Below, piece after piece: positions 11,017-24,062 of a stretch of 64,000 nt of DNA. Under the pieces are notes generated by a model, which had not been told where the DNA came from, searched no databases, and saw only the letters and a program-made list of their open reading frames with translations. A program made the position numbers and the translations under genes. The first letter of the stretch is position 1. Each line of letters starts with the position of its first letter. Source of the DNA: Macrostomum lignano (taxonomy: Eukaryota); contig NIVC01000894.1 of the NCBI GenBank assembly GCA_002269645.1, positions 186,001 to 250,000 on the forward strand, read 5' to 3'.

Positions 11017-14000
11017 ATGGGCAGTGAAGCCTCTAAGGAACAGGATAAGGTACCTTATTAAATTACTGTTTAGTTTTGATTAAAGTATTATATTTGTTTC
11101 TGTGTGTTAAAGCAGTAAATTAAATAAAATATTTTTTCTTTGTACTTACTTCCTCGTGTGCAGCGCGTGTGCCTCAGTTGTAGTTGCAGCAACTCACTCA
11201 CATGTTCGAATCTCCAGACTCTCGACCAGCTTGTCAGCCGAGGTGACTTCGGCCAGGTGCGGCGGCTGGCAACGCGCCAGCTGGTCACCAGCGCTGATGA
11301 AGCTCGTCGGACCGTCCTCATGCTGGTGGCCGACGCTTCTGAAACTCCCATGCACACTGAAAAGTGCATCTTGTACTTATTTGAGCTGGGCGCGAACCCC
11401 AAGGCGACTGACGCGAACGGCGACACGGCTGCGCACCTGGCAGCCCGGCGGGACCACCTGCGGCTGCTGACGCTGCTTTCGTTCGATGCGAAGTGGCTGC
11501 GGAACGACAACGGCGCCACTCCGCTGATGGAGGCGGCGCAGACTGGAAGCTGGAAATGCGCCAAGCACCTGCTGCACCTGCTCAGGCAGAAAAGTTTCAT
11601 TAAGTGTCTGGAGCATGGAAACTCGAAGAGGCTGCTCGAACTGAAGAATTCCGAGGGTCGGACGGCGTCGGACCTGGCGAAGCTCAGCGGCCACTCAGAG
11701 CTGGCCAGCTACATCGAGCGGTGAGTGAGCAGTTCGCTTCTGTGTCCATGCCTCCCAGCTAATGGGGTGGCGGTTGATCTTAGTTGCTGTTGCGCAGAAG
11801 CTGTAGGGCCTCGTATTGCAGTGAGAGTGTGTGGGTTGAGCTGCAGATGGAGAACTGGGAGGCTGTGCGTGAGTGCTTTGTGAGACATTGTGAGATGGAA
11901 GGAAACTCATGCTGCAGAAATTGAAAATGAGCTGCGTGTGAGAAGTCGGATGCGCTCTCGCCAATGCTGATTGTTGCAGAGCTGCTGCAGTCCTCTTCGA
12001 AACTGTCTGTGGGCAGCTCAGATAATTAAGAATTCATATACTAAAAATGGTTTGTCGGTAGGTGGGTAGGCAGGTAGGCATCCATGTGATCGATAAGAGA
12101 AAAAATTTTGTCCTGCAACTTCTTAAACTTTATTTTAGCAATCGTAATTGTCGTGTTTGAGACAACTGCGACATCGCTGCTCATTGTTGCTGTTGCAGGG
12201 AGATGCGGCTGGTTGTGGATGCACACGGCTATATCTCCGGCCTGACAGCCCAGGTGAGCGGCATCTGCGGTGCCGATGCGGCTGCAGCTGAGCAGCTGTG
12301 CTCAAATTTCCCGCTCGCCTTTGCAGGAGGAGGCGGATCGACAGGAGCTGCAGCGGCTGGCCAAGGCGGGCGACTCGGCGGGGCTGCGGCGAGCGGCGAC
12401 CTGCGGCAGCTGCGACCTGCCTGACGATGAGGGTCGCACCGCGTTGATGTGGGCAGCTCAAAGCAGCTCGTGCGGTGATGAGGCTCTGTGGGAGCAGCTG
12501 GTGCAGCTGGGTGACCCCACCTGTGCGGATAAATGTGCTGACAGTTGCCTGCACCATGCAGCCTTGGCTGGCAATTCTTCCGCAGCCTCCGCTCTGCTGG
12601 CTGCCGGAGCCTCCACCAATGCCAGGGGTCACTGGAAATTCACGGCCCTCATGGGGGCGGCCTTTGCGCACCCCGCCACCGCCGCCGCAGTCGGTCAGGT
12701 TCTGCTGAACTCAGGGGCGGATTGGAGCCTGAAGGACAGAAACGGCAGGACTGCGCTGGATTTGGCCACACAAAAGGGAAGGAGCGAACTGGCTGAGCTG
12801 CTGCGTGGGTGAGTTTCCATGGCGACTGAGAATGTCACTCTCACTTTGATTTATCATTGATAAACAATATGCTGTAATTTATGATTGAATATTGAATGAG
12901 TTTTGTAGTTTAAATGGAGTTTGCAGTGCAGTTTGACTGCAGATTGCAAGTTAAATGTTAATGTTCAGCTGCCTGCGAGCTGTGAGACACCAGCAAGAAG
13001 CATTGTGGTGTGGCATTTGAGCTCAAAATTATTAGGAATAGTTATTTTAATAAAAAACAATAAAAACTATATAATGAAGCACAGAGCATGGATGGACTCC
13101 TATCTGAATTTCCTGACTTAAGACTTTGCACTGCCCATTTAGGTACGACGACAAGATCTACTTCGATGAGCCTATGGCACTGCCGTGAGTTCCTTCAGCA
13201 CACAGCTACAGCACACAGCTACAGCACACAGCTACAGGACACAGCTACAGCACACAGCTACAGCACACAGCTACAGCACACAAAGCTACATCACACACAG
13301 CTACAGCACACAGCTACAGCACACACAGCTACAGCACACACAGCTACAGCACACAGCTACAGGACACAGCTACAGCACACAGCTACAGCACACAGCTACA
13401 GCACACACAGCTACAGCACACAGCTACAGCACACAAAGCTACATCACACACAGCTACAGCACACAGCTACAGCACACACAGCTACATCACACACAGCTAC
13501 AGCACACAGCTACAGCACACACAGCTACATCACACACAGCTACAGCACACAGCTACAGTACACAGCTACAGCACACAGCTACAGCACACACAGCTACAAC
13601 ACACAGCTACAGCACATAGCTAAAGCACACACAGCTACAGCACACACAGCTACATCACACAGCTACAGCACACAGCTACAGCACACACAGCTACAGCACA
13701 CACAGCTACAACACACAGCTACAGCACACACAGCTACAACACACAGCTACAGCACACAGCTACAGCACACACAGCTACAGCATGCAAATTATCCCTCATT
13801 GCTTCACTTCGCATCCTCTCAGTCCCGAAGGCCCCCCGTTCCGGGAGCGCTGGGACGCCGTTCGCCTCATCGGTCGCGGTGGCTTCGGCGAAGTCCACGA
13901 AGTTCGAACTGACACGGGCGTCACGTGCGCTGCCAAGACTCTTAAACTTCCTGTGCAGCTTGTTGATGAGCTGCCCTCTGTGAGCACAGAGATCCACAGA

Positions 14001-16101
14001 GCTGTCGAGAGCGAGAGAAACCTGTGCCGACTGCGGCATCCCAACATCGTCAGGTTCTTGCACATCGCTCAGCCGGAGCCCGCCACAGTCGTTGTGTTCA
14101 TGGAGCTGCTGGACGGCCGAAGCTTGGAGAGGTTTATCGACAACAGGCCACTGTACGAGCTGACGATTCGAGACTTCAGCGAGCAGGTGAGCATTGTGCA
14201 TCCTTGATGCTCCTGTTCCATGTTCTCATAAATGATGACTGCTCACTGACCGACCGCTCGCAGATCTGCCGCGCGCTGATCTACCTGCACAGCCGGCAGC
14301 CGCCCGTGATCCACAGAGACATCAACTGCTCGAACATAATTGTTTGTGCCGACAACACGCGAATCAAGCTGATCGACTTCGGCCTGTCAGTCAAGCTGGA
14401 GCAGTCAGTCAGCCACATCTCAGCCTCCAAAGCCACCCCGAAGGCACTCTTAACTTCTTGGCTCCGGAGCTGCTGGCACCGGAAGAGTCGGACAGCCCGC
14501 GGTACAGCAGAGAGTCGGACATCTGGGCGTTCGGCTGCTCGGTCTTCCAGATGGCCTCGGGCAGGCGGCCCTTCGCTGAGCACAAAATGCCCCAGACGCT
14601 GCCCGAGAAGCTGAGAAGCGGCGGTGCCCCCGCCCTGCTGACGGGCTGCTCTGCGGAGCTGCAGGACTTCTACAGCCGCTGCACCGCCATGGACCGAAAA
14701 AGCAGAAAGTCCGCACTGGAGCTGATGGGGCACGAGTTCCTCATCGTCAGGTACAAATGTACAGTAATTCGGCTAGACTTAGATACCTGTGCGATATGAT
14801 GCTGATGCAGAGGTGAGACCAATGTTGCACTTTTCATCAGTAGTCAAGCGGCCTCACCATGTGCTCACGCTAAAGTTGCACCGCATACTTTGAGCACTGA
14901 TCATTGAGGCGCCAGCTTGAAGCTCGGAGAAATATTGTGCTCAATTCCCTTCGATGAAGCAGAAGCCCTGATCAGACTTAAAAACAGTGCGAGCAATTTG
15001 CCGTGAATCTGTGAGAGCTGAGTTTTACTGGAATGAAATCCAATCAATTCCTTCAACTGCTGTGACTCCGCGCATCTCCTCATTTTAGCCTGTCTGTCAG
15101 GCGATGCCAAAATTCTGATCAGCGGCTTAACGCATCCTGACTCGCTTTCCACTTTTCCTAACAGCCCCGTTTTCAGGGAGAGTTGGGACTCCACTCGGTT
15201 CGTTGCAAGAGGATTCTTTGGTGACATTCAGGAAGTTGTCACTGACAGAGACATCAGGTGCGCTGCCAAGACTCTCAGACTGCCTGTGCAGCTCGGTGAT
15301 GACCAAACCTCTGTGAGCACAGAGATCCACAGAGCTGTCGAGAGCGAGAGAAACCTGTGCCGACTGCGGCATCCCAACATCGTCAGGTTCTTGCACATCG
15401 CTCAGCCGGAGCCCGCCACAGTCGTTGTGTTCATGGAGCTGCTGGACGGCCGAAGCTTGGAGAGGTTTATCGACAACAGGCCACTGTACGAGCTGACGAT
15501 TCGAGACTTCAGCGAGCAGGTGAGCATTGTGCATCCTTGATGCTCCTGTTCCATGTTCCCATGAATGATGCTGCTCACTGACCGACCGCTCGCAGATCTG
15601 CCGCGCGCTGCTCTACCTGCACAGCCGCAGCCGCCCGTGATCCACAGAGACATCAACTGCTCCAACATAATTGTTTGTGCTGACAACACGCGAATCAAGC
15701 TGATCGACTTCGGCCTGTCAATCAAGCTGGAGCAGATAGTCCGTCGCCACTCATCATTCCCGGAGGCATTGAAAGGCACTCTGAACTTCATGGCGCCAGA
15801 GCTGCTCGGAATCGGCACCTCGGAATGCGAGCAGTGCAGCAGAGAGTCGGACATCTGGGCGTTCGGCTGCTCGGTCTTCCAGATGGCCTCCGGTAACAAA
15901 CCATTCACCAGAGTCAAAAGCTTCTGGGAAATGGCCCAGCATCTTGACAGGAAGGGCGCCCCCGCCCTGCCGGACGGCCGGTCTGCGGAACTGAGGGATT
16001 TCTACAGCCGCTGCACCGCCAAGGACCGCAGGAGAAGAAGATCCGCACAGGAGCTGCTGAAGCACGAGTTCCTGGTGAAAAAGTCTGACTCGCAGCGCTA
16101 A
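11017..16101 (+). CDS. Ankyrin-repeat tandem-kinase gene, copy 1 (ANK-ANK-K1-K2; about 960 aa if two 1-nt deletions are corrected)
   Basis: Exons 11017-11049, 11164-11720, 12199-12253, 12327-12808, 13143-13184, 13823-14186, 14264-14750, 15165-15519, 15596-16101. All introns are GT-AG with matching phases (0,2,0,2,2,0,2,0). 1-nt deletions at about 14437 and 15627. Confidence 0.75.
11164..11720 (+). CDS. Copy 1 exon 2: ankyrin block A (about 4 repeats)
   Basis: [48 protein letters not shown]. Ends at the GAGCG|gtgagt donor. Confidence 0.88.
12327..12808 (+). CDS. Copy 1 exon 4: ankyrin block B (about 4 repeats)
   Basis: DDEGRTALMWAA, CLHHAALAGN...LLAAGASTNA, FTALMGAA...LLNSGADWSLKDRNGRTALDLA. 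Confidence 0.9.
13197..13781. repeat. Intronic (CACAGCTACAGCA)-type microsatellite, copy 1
   Basis: Lies between exon 5 and the first kinase exon. Confidence 0.95.
13823..14750 (+). pseudogene. Copy 1 kinase K1 (MEKK/STE11-like Ser/Thr kinase), frameshifted in the activation segment
   Basis: [26 protein letters not shown] and DFG are in one frame. [25 protein letters not shown] and HEFL are in the -1 frame after ACCCCGAAGGC (about 14437). Confidence 0.8.
15165..16101 (+). pseudogene. Copy 1 kinase K2 with a 1-nt deletion (mutation or sequencing error)
   Basis: ARGFFGDI, AAK, HRD, DFG, APE. Reads AGCCGCAG instead of AGCCGGCAG at about 15627. Acceptor tttccacttttcctaacag|. Confidence 0.78.
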
Positions 16102-16599
16102 GCCGAGATACTTCTGAATATGTTTGTAAAGATTTTAGATATTTTATGCACGATGCACGTAAGTAAAGCACTATTTAAAGTTGTTTTGTGCTTTTTTTTC
16201 CATTTTCCTGAATTTTTTACATGACTTTTTGCAGTGCTAAAACTTGCATACTGCATCAATTCCCCTGTGACTGAGTTCCAGATGCACCAATTGACGTTTC
16301 TCATTTAAGCTCAACTTGTTTATCTGCACCGCAGGCGTTAACTGATCTCCTCTATCCTCAAGCAGTTTAACTGCTCAAATGCTTTGCTTCACTCAATTTC
16401 TTTGCTGTTAGCCATCAGCTGCTGTCGCTATTTTGTGAGCTTTGTGAGGAATTACTCAAATATACTCATTTGCGACTCTCTAGCATACCGGAACTGCCCG
16501 ACTCTCATCACTGAGTGGTTGCCGTGTTTGTTTAACTCAACTGCTGATAAAGTGTTAAATGAAATTGGGGCGGTGGAAGAGAGTGAGATGCTGAAACAG

Positions 16600-17200
16600 C
16601 AGCTGCAGAGAGAGTAGAGGCAGCTGCAGAGAGAGTAGAGGCGGCTGCAGAGAGAGTAGATGCAGCTGCAGAGAGAGTAGATGCAGCTGCAGAGAGAGTA
16701 GAGGCGGCTGCAGAGAGAGTAGAGGCGGCTGCAGAGAGAGTAGATGCAGCTGCAGAGAGAGTAGAGGCGGCTGCAGAGAGAGTAGATGCAGCTGCAGAGA
16801 GAGTAGATGCAGCTGCAGAGAGAGTAGAGGCGGCTGCAGAGAGAGTAGAGGCGGCTGCAGAGAGAGTAGAGGCGGCTGCAGAGAGAGTAGATGCAGCTGC
16901 AGAGAGAGTAGATGCAGCTGCAGAGAGAGTAGATGCAGCTGCAGAGAGAGTAGAGGCGGCTGCAGAGAGAGTAGAGGCGGCTGCAGAGAGAGTAGAGGCA
17001 GCTGCAGAGAGAGTAGATGCAGCTGCAGAGAGAGTAGAGGCGGCTGCAGAGAGAGTAGAGGCAGCTGCAGAGAGAGTAGATGCAGCTGCAGAGAGAGTAG
17101 AGGCGGCTGCAGAGAGAGTAGAGGCAGCTGCAGAGAGAGTAGAAGCAGCTGCAGAGAGAGTAGAGGCAGCTGCAGAGAGAGTAGAGGCAGCTGCAGAGAT
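16600..17200. repeat. 21-bp minisatellite (GCAGCTGCAGAGAGAGTAGAG)n
   Basis: Read directly from the sequence. Homologous arrays at 44727-44785 and 56530-56965. Confidence 0.95.
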
Positions 17201-17484
17201 TAGAGGACCCTTCTCAGCGGACCACACAACACCAGGCCTTTACCCAGATGGCTTGACTGACTTTGGAATGTGAGCTCGAGGTAGTGTCGAAAGACTGGGT
17301 CAGTCCGTCCTCAGTTCCAAAATTTAGGTCCGAGGTCTCGAAGAGAAGCTCGAGAGAGATGCTCGGCAATGAAGTCTAAACCGAATTGGACTTGTGACAA
17401 GCCGGGTTTTTTCAGGCTGCAGACCGCACACGGCACGGGCAACTTTGCCTGCTGCAGCTGCAGAAGAAATTGGTCACAGGCAGG

Positions 17485-17910
17485 TCAAGTCCTCATGTGA
17501 GCAACCCTCGGACAAGTCCTCATGTGAGCAATCCTGAGACAAGTCCTCATGTGAGCAACCCTGGGACAAGTCCTCATGTGAGCAACCCTGGGACAAGTCC
17601 TCATGTGAGCAACCCTGGGACAAGTTCTCATGTGAGCTACCCTGGGACAAGTCCTCATGTGAGCAACCCTCGGACAAGTCCTCATGTGAGCAATCCTGAG
17701 ACAAGTCCTCATGTTAGCAACCCTGGACAAGTCCTCATGTGAGCAACCCTGGGACAAGTCCTCATGTGGGCAACACTGAAACAAGTCCTCATGTGAGCAA
17801 CCCTGGGACAAGTCCTCATGTGAGCAACCCTGGGACAAGTCCTCATGTGAGCAACCCTGGGACAAGTCCTCATGTGAGCAACCCTGGGACAAGTCCTCAT
17901 GTGGGCAACA
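17485..17910. repeat. 27-bp minisatellite (GACAAGTCCTCATGTGAGCAACCCTGG)n
   Basis: About 15 copies, read directly. Confidence 0.95.
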
Positions 17911-18239
17911 CCTGTCCAGCCAAATTCAGTCGGAGGTCAAAAGCTGGGTTGCGTGGCTCAGTTGGGGAAGAAATGCAATACCGGGCCCACCTGATCAAGT
18001 AGAACCAGAGATCGGCATCGCTTTTCGGTGTCAATGCAGCCTAGCACAAAACATTCACGAGACGTAAGCGCCCGAATGGGTATTTATCAATGTCATAGCC
18101 TTGTGTTTTAAACTGGCTTTCGGAACAAATCTCTTGCCCTATGAAGATGTCTCTTAAGTTTTGATCGCATAGTTGGATAAGTTGTCTGATTCGATCTATG
18201 TGAAATGCAATGCTTGTTGAATGCTTGTAATCACGCCGT

Positions 18240-18378
18240 AGGAGAGGCACTCCGGGAGAGGCACTCAGGGAAAGGCACTCAGGGAGAGGCACTCAGGGAG
18301 AGGCACTCGGGGAGAGGCACTCCGGGAGAGGCACTCAGGGAGAGGCACTCAGGGAGAGGCACTCCGGGAGAGGCACTT
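18240..18378. repeat. 15-bp minisatellite (GGGAGAGGCACTCA/CC-type)
   Basis: Read directly. A degenerate homologue lies at about 45000-45080. Confidence 0.88.
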
Positions 18379-18822
18379 AGATTCACACGACTTCAAAACA
18401 GAAATTCACAGAAGAAATACGAGAGCCATTGCTCCCATCCAGTTTCAGAAATCAATACTGTGCCTGCATAATCAATACTGTGCCTGCATAATCAATACTG
18501 TGCCTGCAAAATCAATATTGTGCCTGGGACAGACGCAGCTCCCTGGCGAGCATTCGTTACTGAATTCCTAGGCATTGCTTGGGCCACAGCATTCAGTACA
18601 GGTTAGCTGCCCAACTAGTTTAAGAAATGCAGTGAGACTCTAACCAACCTCTTTGCTACTAGCCACTTTTTTGGCAACTGGATTTGGCATCGCCATCAGG
18701 CCATAAAATCGGCATTCCTGGCGCACCTGGAGGCCGGTGGGATTCCCGTATTTACCTACGCAAGACATGCACCGACTGCTGCTACCCAAGATATGAAAAA
18801 CAGTTCCCAAGCCGACACCCAC

Positions 18823-19008
18823 ACTCAGACACCCAGCACTCAGACACCCAGCACTCAGACACCCAGCACTCAGACACCCAGCACTCAGACACCCAGCACT
18901 CAGACACCCAGCACTCAGACACCCAGCACTCAGACACCCAGCACTCAGACACCCAGCACTCAGACACCCAGCACTCAGACACCCAGCACTCAGACACCCA
19001 GCACTCAG
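18823..19008. repeat. 15-bp minisatellite (CAGCACTCAGACACC)n
   Basis: Read directly. Homologous array at 46140-46404. Confidence 0.93.
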
Positions 19009-20444
19009 AGCCATCAGTGGCTCCGATTAGTCAAAGTTTTGAACCCATCGCAGCCAATCGCTATGGCTGCAATGTACATCCTGTACTTTATAAGTGCATA
19101 TTCAAAGTCACGTGGTTGTGCTCGGCTCCAGAGCGAACCCGCAACTCGCACTGCTCCGACTCTCCAGCTGCCTGCATTTGCTCAAAGTCTGCTGGGCTCA
19201 ATGGATTTCAGTTGCATGCTGGTCTGCGCGCATTTGCCAGTCTCTGTGCTGCTTTTGCATGCCGGTGAATCTGGAAAAACCGTGTGTGATTTTCGGTAGA
19301 CAAAACCATTGCTTTTTCAGAAAGAAGGGGTTTAGAAGGAGCAGGAGAAAAGAGGATTCGATGGACACTCGCTGTAAATGCGGGGTCCTTCAAAGACTCA
19401 TAGGCGGCTGTAGCGACTTCGACCCGCCACTGCTTTTCTCCCCACACCTCCCTGCTCCCACTCCAACCCCAGGCTTTCCTATTGCGGCTTATCCTACTCA
19501 TAGCCACAGCTCTCTAAGACAAGGAAGTTCTGTGCCGGAGAAATAAAGAAACAGCTGCTGAGAGATTAAGAGATGAGTAGAATTTTAGGGAGAGACCAGT
19601 TTGCAAGTTTGTCTTCCAGCCCAGCGTATTTTGGGAGGGCTTGGGGCTGCAACAGGAGAGAGTGGAGAGCTGCATGCGTGTGAGCAGTCAAACAGGAAGA
19701 GATCAGCAGAGCAGTGCTCTCCCAGGCCAGCTTATGAGTAATGGCGTTGCGACAGTGCGTTTGGGGTTGCCGCGAAAAGTCATTGATTTTTCTTGCGGAC
19801 CAACCTGTCGTTGGGGAAGAGAAGCTCAACTCGAGGTAGCTGTAGGACTGTGTTCGAGCCTGTGTGGAATTTCTGAATTATTCGCCCGTTAATTACTTTT
19901 TCAGTTCTTCAAGCAATGCGCATTAGCAAAAAACTTCAATTTATCAAAACTTTCATAGCTTACGCTGCTCATTCGCTTATCATATCTTCATCTGCTCTGG
20001 CACCCGCTTCAGTATATCAGTAGCAGTGTGAGCCTCAGTAGTAGCAGTGGCACCGGGACTCTGCTAAATACTCTATGTATTACTCTACTCTAAGTAGTTA
20101 GTAGTCCCTGCAGTGGCACCAGCGTCTTTTATCCATCACTTTATTGCAGAAATACTGATAGCCTATTACAAAATTATATTAATACATAATACTATATTCT
20201 AAGAACGGATCCACTAAAAAAACTGAAATCTCTGTGCACGAGTGGAAATCAGGGTACAATACGCTGAAATTCTCCGCATGATGACTTGTCATGTTGATGC
20301 AGCCTGTTCTGCAGCTTCTTTTCATGCATTAATGGCGAGATCACTGATCTCAGAGTTTAGCTGCCCCATCTCATTCTATTGAAGTTCATTGTCCTAAAAT
20401 TGATGCTGTATAAAAGCGCGAAGCCTGATCCAAATTTAGTCTGT

Positions 20445-20666
20445 ATGATGTAACCGCCCTTGTCGCCTGTCCGCTCCGTAGAGAGACGAACGCATGACTG
20501 GAGGGGGCAATGACCGTAGGCTGCCTATGACCGGGCAACGACCTGACGGACCTCCAGCACCAGACTGTCCCGCCCACATGATTAGTAGCTTTTGGTAGCG
20601 CTTCGTGACCAGAGGGCCAAGGACCCACATGGACCCCACCTGTAGCCAAGGAGCAATAGTTGGTGC
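20445..20666. mobile_element. 222-bp insertion with TG...CA ends and no TSD
   Basis: Absent from the homologous empty site agtctgta|aaagtttt at about 34608 and from the diverged copy at about 62400. Confidence 0.45.
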
Positions 20667-21250
20667 AAAAGTTTTATAGCGAGGATTTTGCCAGCCGAAC
20701 ATGCTGCAAACCTTGCACTTTGCTCGCTTATCTATGCGATTTCATTGCTATTCGATAGTGCAGTAAAAGTGACTCCCTGCTTAGACAAATCATACTGTCC
20801 GCCACAAACATTTTGGTTCTGCCGCACCTCACCACGCACTCTTCAGGCAAATGTTCTTGTATTAATGGTGAAGATCTTTACATTTGTTGCTCATTATGGG
20901 CTGTTCTGTCTGCGCTTTGTCATGAAACCACCAGCGCTAAATACACACAATATCAAACGTACTCGTATTCATAGAATGCTTTAACAAAGGCGGCTTCGAA
21001 AACTCTCACATCCCAAAGCAAGAAGACGTTTTCAGTAACAAAGTTTGGAGTCTGAGTGGGTGTGAAGAAAATGAGAAAGGTACAATGAGTGAGGTGTGTA
21101 ATAAAAACACATTATATCGCGAGATGAAAAATACACTTGAATGTCGATCTTCTGCTGGATTGGAATCTTACAGCTTCAGTGTGTTTGGATTAGAGATGTT
21201 TCCAGACTCCTCCATAAGCAGCGCCAGCAGCAGCACCTGCACATGGCTTT

Positions 21251-21696
21251 GGCAAGGACCACTGGGAACACTGTATGCAGTGCCATACAGGACCATACTT
21301 CAACGCCATAGACTTGAGAACTCTTACGGCCCTCAAAAGAGCGAAATACAACACAGTCAAGCTTGAGTCCTCGTGGACGTCGGAAGCCAGACCGTAGAGG
21401 AAAAATGCTGACATGACGTACTTTCAGGAGCCTGACGTAGAAAAAAGTATTAAAATTAGAAACACTTATATTTATAATTAAAATTTATACTAAATCAAAA
21501 ATTAGAACCTACTCTGGCCCTTCTGCAACCTTGAAAACGAAGATGCCAAGCTGCACTTCGTCTGCCTCTGCCGAGCCTTCAACCGAGACCGACTCCACTA
21601 CCTCGAACCCAACCCGTCCCCAGACGATGCCGGCTGGCCCGAGTTTCTCGGGGCCAAAAGACGAGCCTCTGTCTCTGGGCTTTTCAGGGTTTAGTG
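21251..21696 (+). mobile_element. 3' remnant of a non-LTR retrotransposon ORF2 (C-terminal Cys-His finger)
   Basis: Translates PYFNAIDLRTLTALKRAKYNTVKLE...FCNLENEDAKLHFVCLCRAFNRDRLHYL, the CxxC...HF..xC...R..YL motif of LINE ORF2 ends. Interrupted by an AT-rich insert. Confidence 0.5.
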
Positions 21697-22200
21697 CAGG
21701 GTTTAAAAACTTTTACCTGAAGTGCCCGATGGAGAATCTAGCGCATGCCTGCGGGCGGGAGAGAGGAGTGCATTAGGAGGAGAGATAAGAGGAGATAGGA
21801 GAGAAAAGAAGGGGAGAAGAGAAGATAAGGGAGAGGACAGGAGAGAAGGGAGAGGAGAGAGGAGAGGAGAGGAGAGAAGGGAGAGCAGAGAAGAGAAGGG
21901 AGATGAGAGAAGAGAAGAGAGACGGGACGAGAGAAGCGAAGGGGAGGAGAGAAAAGAAGGGAGAGGAAAGAAGGGAGATGAGAGAACGGAGAGGAAAGGA
22001 GAGGAGAGAAGAGATAGGAGAGTAGAGAAGAGATAGGAGAGTAGAATAAAGAAGGGAGAGAAGAGAGGGAGAGAGGAGGGAAGTAGAGAGAGAAAAGGGG
22101 GATGAGAGGATTAGAGAGGAGAGAGCTGAGAAGAGACACAAACCTTGAGCGGGCCGGAGTGTTATTGTGGGCCGGGTAGAGCGGCCTGTAGTTGCCCCTG
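21697..22200. mobile_element. hAT-like MITE with internal GA microsatellite
   Basis: CAGGG...CCCCTG termini and a degenerate 8-bp TSD (GTTTAGTG/AATTAGTG). Same flanks as 636-1301. Confidence 0.7.
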
Positions 22201-23023
22201 AATTAGTGGAATGGCCGAGTCTTCGGCCCGCCCTGCAGCCAATTCAATGGAAACTGCGAGCGTAGTTGCAACAAACAGGCTGCCGCTGAGCGCGTATCGA
22301 GCCTAGGACCTGCCTAGCAACTAGAAAAGACCTGCATTCGATTTGAATCGAGTCAGTTTTTTTAACGTTTTTTTATTTCTGTGGACCTAAAATATGATAT
22401 GTCTCAGCAAGTCTTCGTAATCAAACGTGTCACGGCACGTGAGCCAGAAGAGCTGCTCTGCCCCTTCTTCTGATCTGTTTAGACTGTTAGACTGTTTCAG
22501 TTTGAAACCATTCTTATGCTCGCAGAAATGAAAAAATGTCGCATGTCTTTCACGTTGTCGATGCGTCGATGCTTCTTCTTTTTCTTGAAAAAAGACTAGA
22601 CAAAAAGGTCAATGAGCCTGAGAGCAGAGGGACAGTCTGAACTACAATGCCTATCATTGTTGGCGAGAATAAGCCAGTACAAGCATAAAGCTTCAGTCCT
22701 GAGCAGCGCACCTGTACTCACTCTTGAATTCCGCTTAGTGGCAGAGTCTTGAGACAGAAGTGCACACAGAGGCCATCAGCTATTTGAGGTAAAGCAATTA
22801 ATTAGTTGTTCTGAAGACTGAGTGCAGACATGACCTTCTAGCGACCTGGAGTTGAGGATTTTCAAGTCTCTCTGCATGCATTGCAGGAACAAAATTCAGT
22901 TTTATTCGTCATCAGCAACACCTTCGGATGCTGGCAAGTCGTGAGCAAAAAAACTTTTCCTATTAACCCTAATCTCATGGAAATCCCAGCCCACAGATTA
23001 GGCAGAATATGCATTGAGTGGCT

Positions 23024-23863
23024 TGTAGTGTGAGCATCTTTTGTGTAATTTTTGAATTCTATTAGTTAGTTAGCTTCTGTATTATTGTTGATAATTATTG
23101 TATTTTGCTTTAATTTAGTCACGTTTTCAATGTACTTTTTTCTTGTTAGTTAGAATCTAATTTTGCGTAAACAGGGTAAAAGTCAGACGCCAATTTCGTG
23201 ACTCAGCGGAGGGTTGAAGTTTTTGCGAACCCCAGCGTTGCGCGGCCAGCCAATCAAGATCGGCCTGGACCCCGGCACGCGGCAAAATCCAACTCTACCC
23301 GGCGCCGCGGGCACAGTGCAATTCAGCTTAGCGAGCGGCCGGCCAGACGACCACCACCCGGCTTGAGGGGGGTTGTGAGGGGTCTGACAGTGACTATAAA
23401 TGAAAGTGTGTTTGGCGGTCAAATCTCACTTCTCTCCCCGGCTTTTGGTTTTGTTCCAACTTCCCGGCCGTTTTGCCCTATTTTTGGTTCGCGCTTTGAG
23501 GCGCCCGATTTCATCACCAGTTTCACTCCCTGCCCGACCGCTTCAGTCTTATAGCGTAACGATACGGCACCAGTGTCTGAAGTCGTCGCTATTAAGCGCG
23601 GTCTAGATAGAGTGACGGATTCGACAAAGTACGTGGCCTCTACCCAGAGGGCCTCAGTGTCACACTGAAGGGCAGCGCTGACAGAACTTAGTCAGTGCTC
23701 CGCTGAACAGCCGATTCGTCAGGGCTCTCGCTGAGAGTAGGTCCTGGGTTAGGCCAGTGGTTAGGAGTCTTCCTCCGTGGTCCTGTTCGGTTTATTATTC
23801 AAGCTGAGATCCGCTTGCCAGTTGCGTAATTAATTTACTATTATTAATCGTTGTATCGATTAA
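23024..23863. mobile_element. LTR-like insertion (starts TGTAGTG; CCAAT and TATAAA inside), right end truncated
   Basis: Interrupts the block at gcattgagtggct| relative to the copy at 37088. No terminal CACTACA and no TSD found. Confidence 0.45.
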
Positions 23864-23864
23864 C

Positions 23865-24062
23865 TGCCAATTGAGTTGCAGCTTCTCCATCCATCAGGCA
23901 TCCGCGGAGACAGCAAAATTGAGTTGCAGCTTCTCCATCCATCAGGCATCCGCGGAGACAGCCGATTGAGTTGCAGCTTCTCCATCCATCAGGCATCCGC
24001 GGAGACAGCCGATTGAGTTGCAGCTTCTCCATCCATCAGGCATCCGCGGAGACAGCCGATTG
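23865..24062. repeat. 47-bp minisatellite (CCGATTGAGTTGCAGCTTCTCCATCCATCAGGCATCCGCGGAGACAG) x4
   Basis: Read directly. Homologous array at 37141-37337. Confidence 0.92.

Larger units (their letters stand above)
19990..23023 (+). repeat. Segmental duplication, near-identical to about 34150-37088
   Basis: Long stretches are letter-for-letter identical (e.g. 20680-21440 vs 34620-35380), including the LINE remnant and the hAT MITE. Confidence 0.9.

Noticed and set aside
17416-18062. Cys-rich exon-like pieces flanking the 27-mer (HGTGNFACCSCRRNWSQA; SWVAWLSW...FRCQCS), faintly like a 3CxxC zinc finger
   Set aside because: Splice phases are incompatible and the similarity is too weak.
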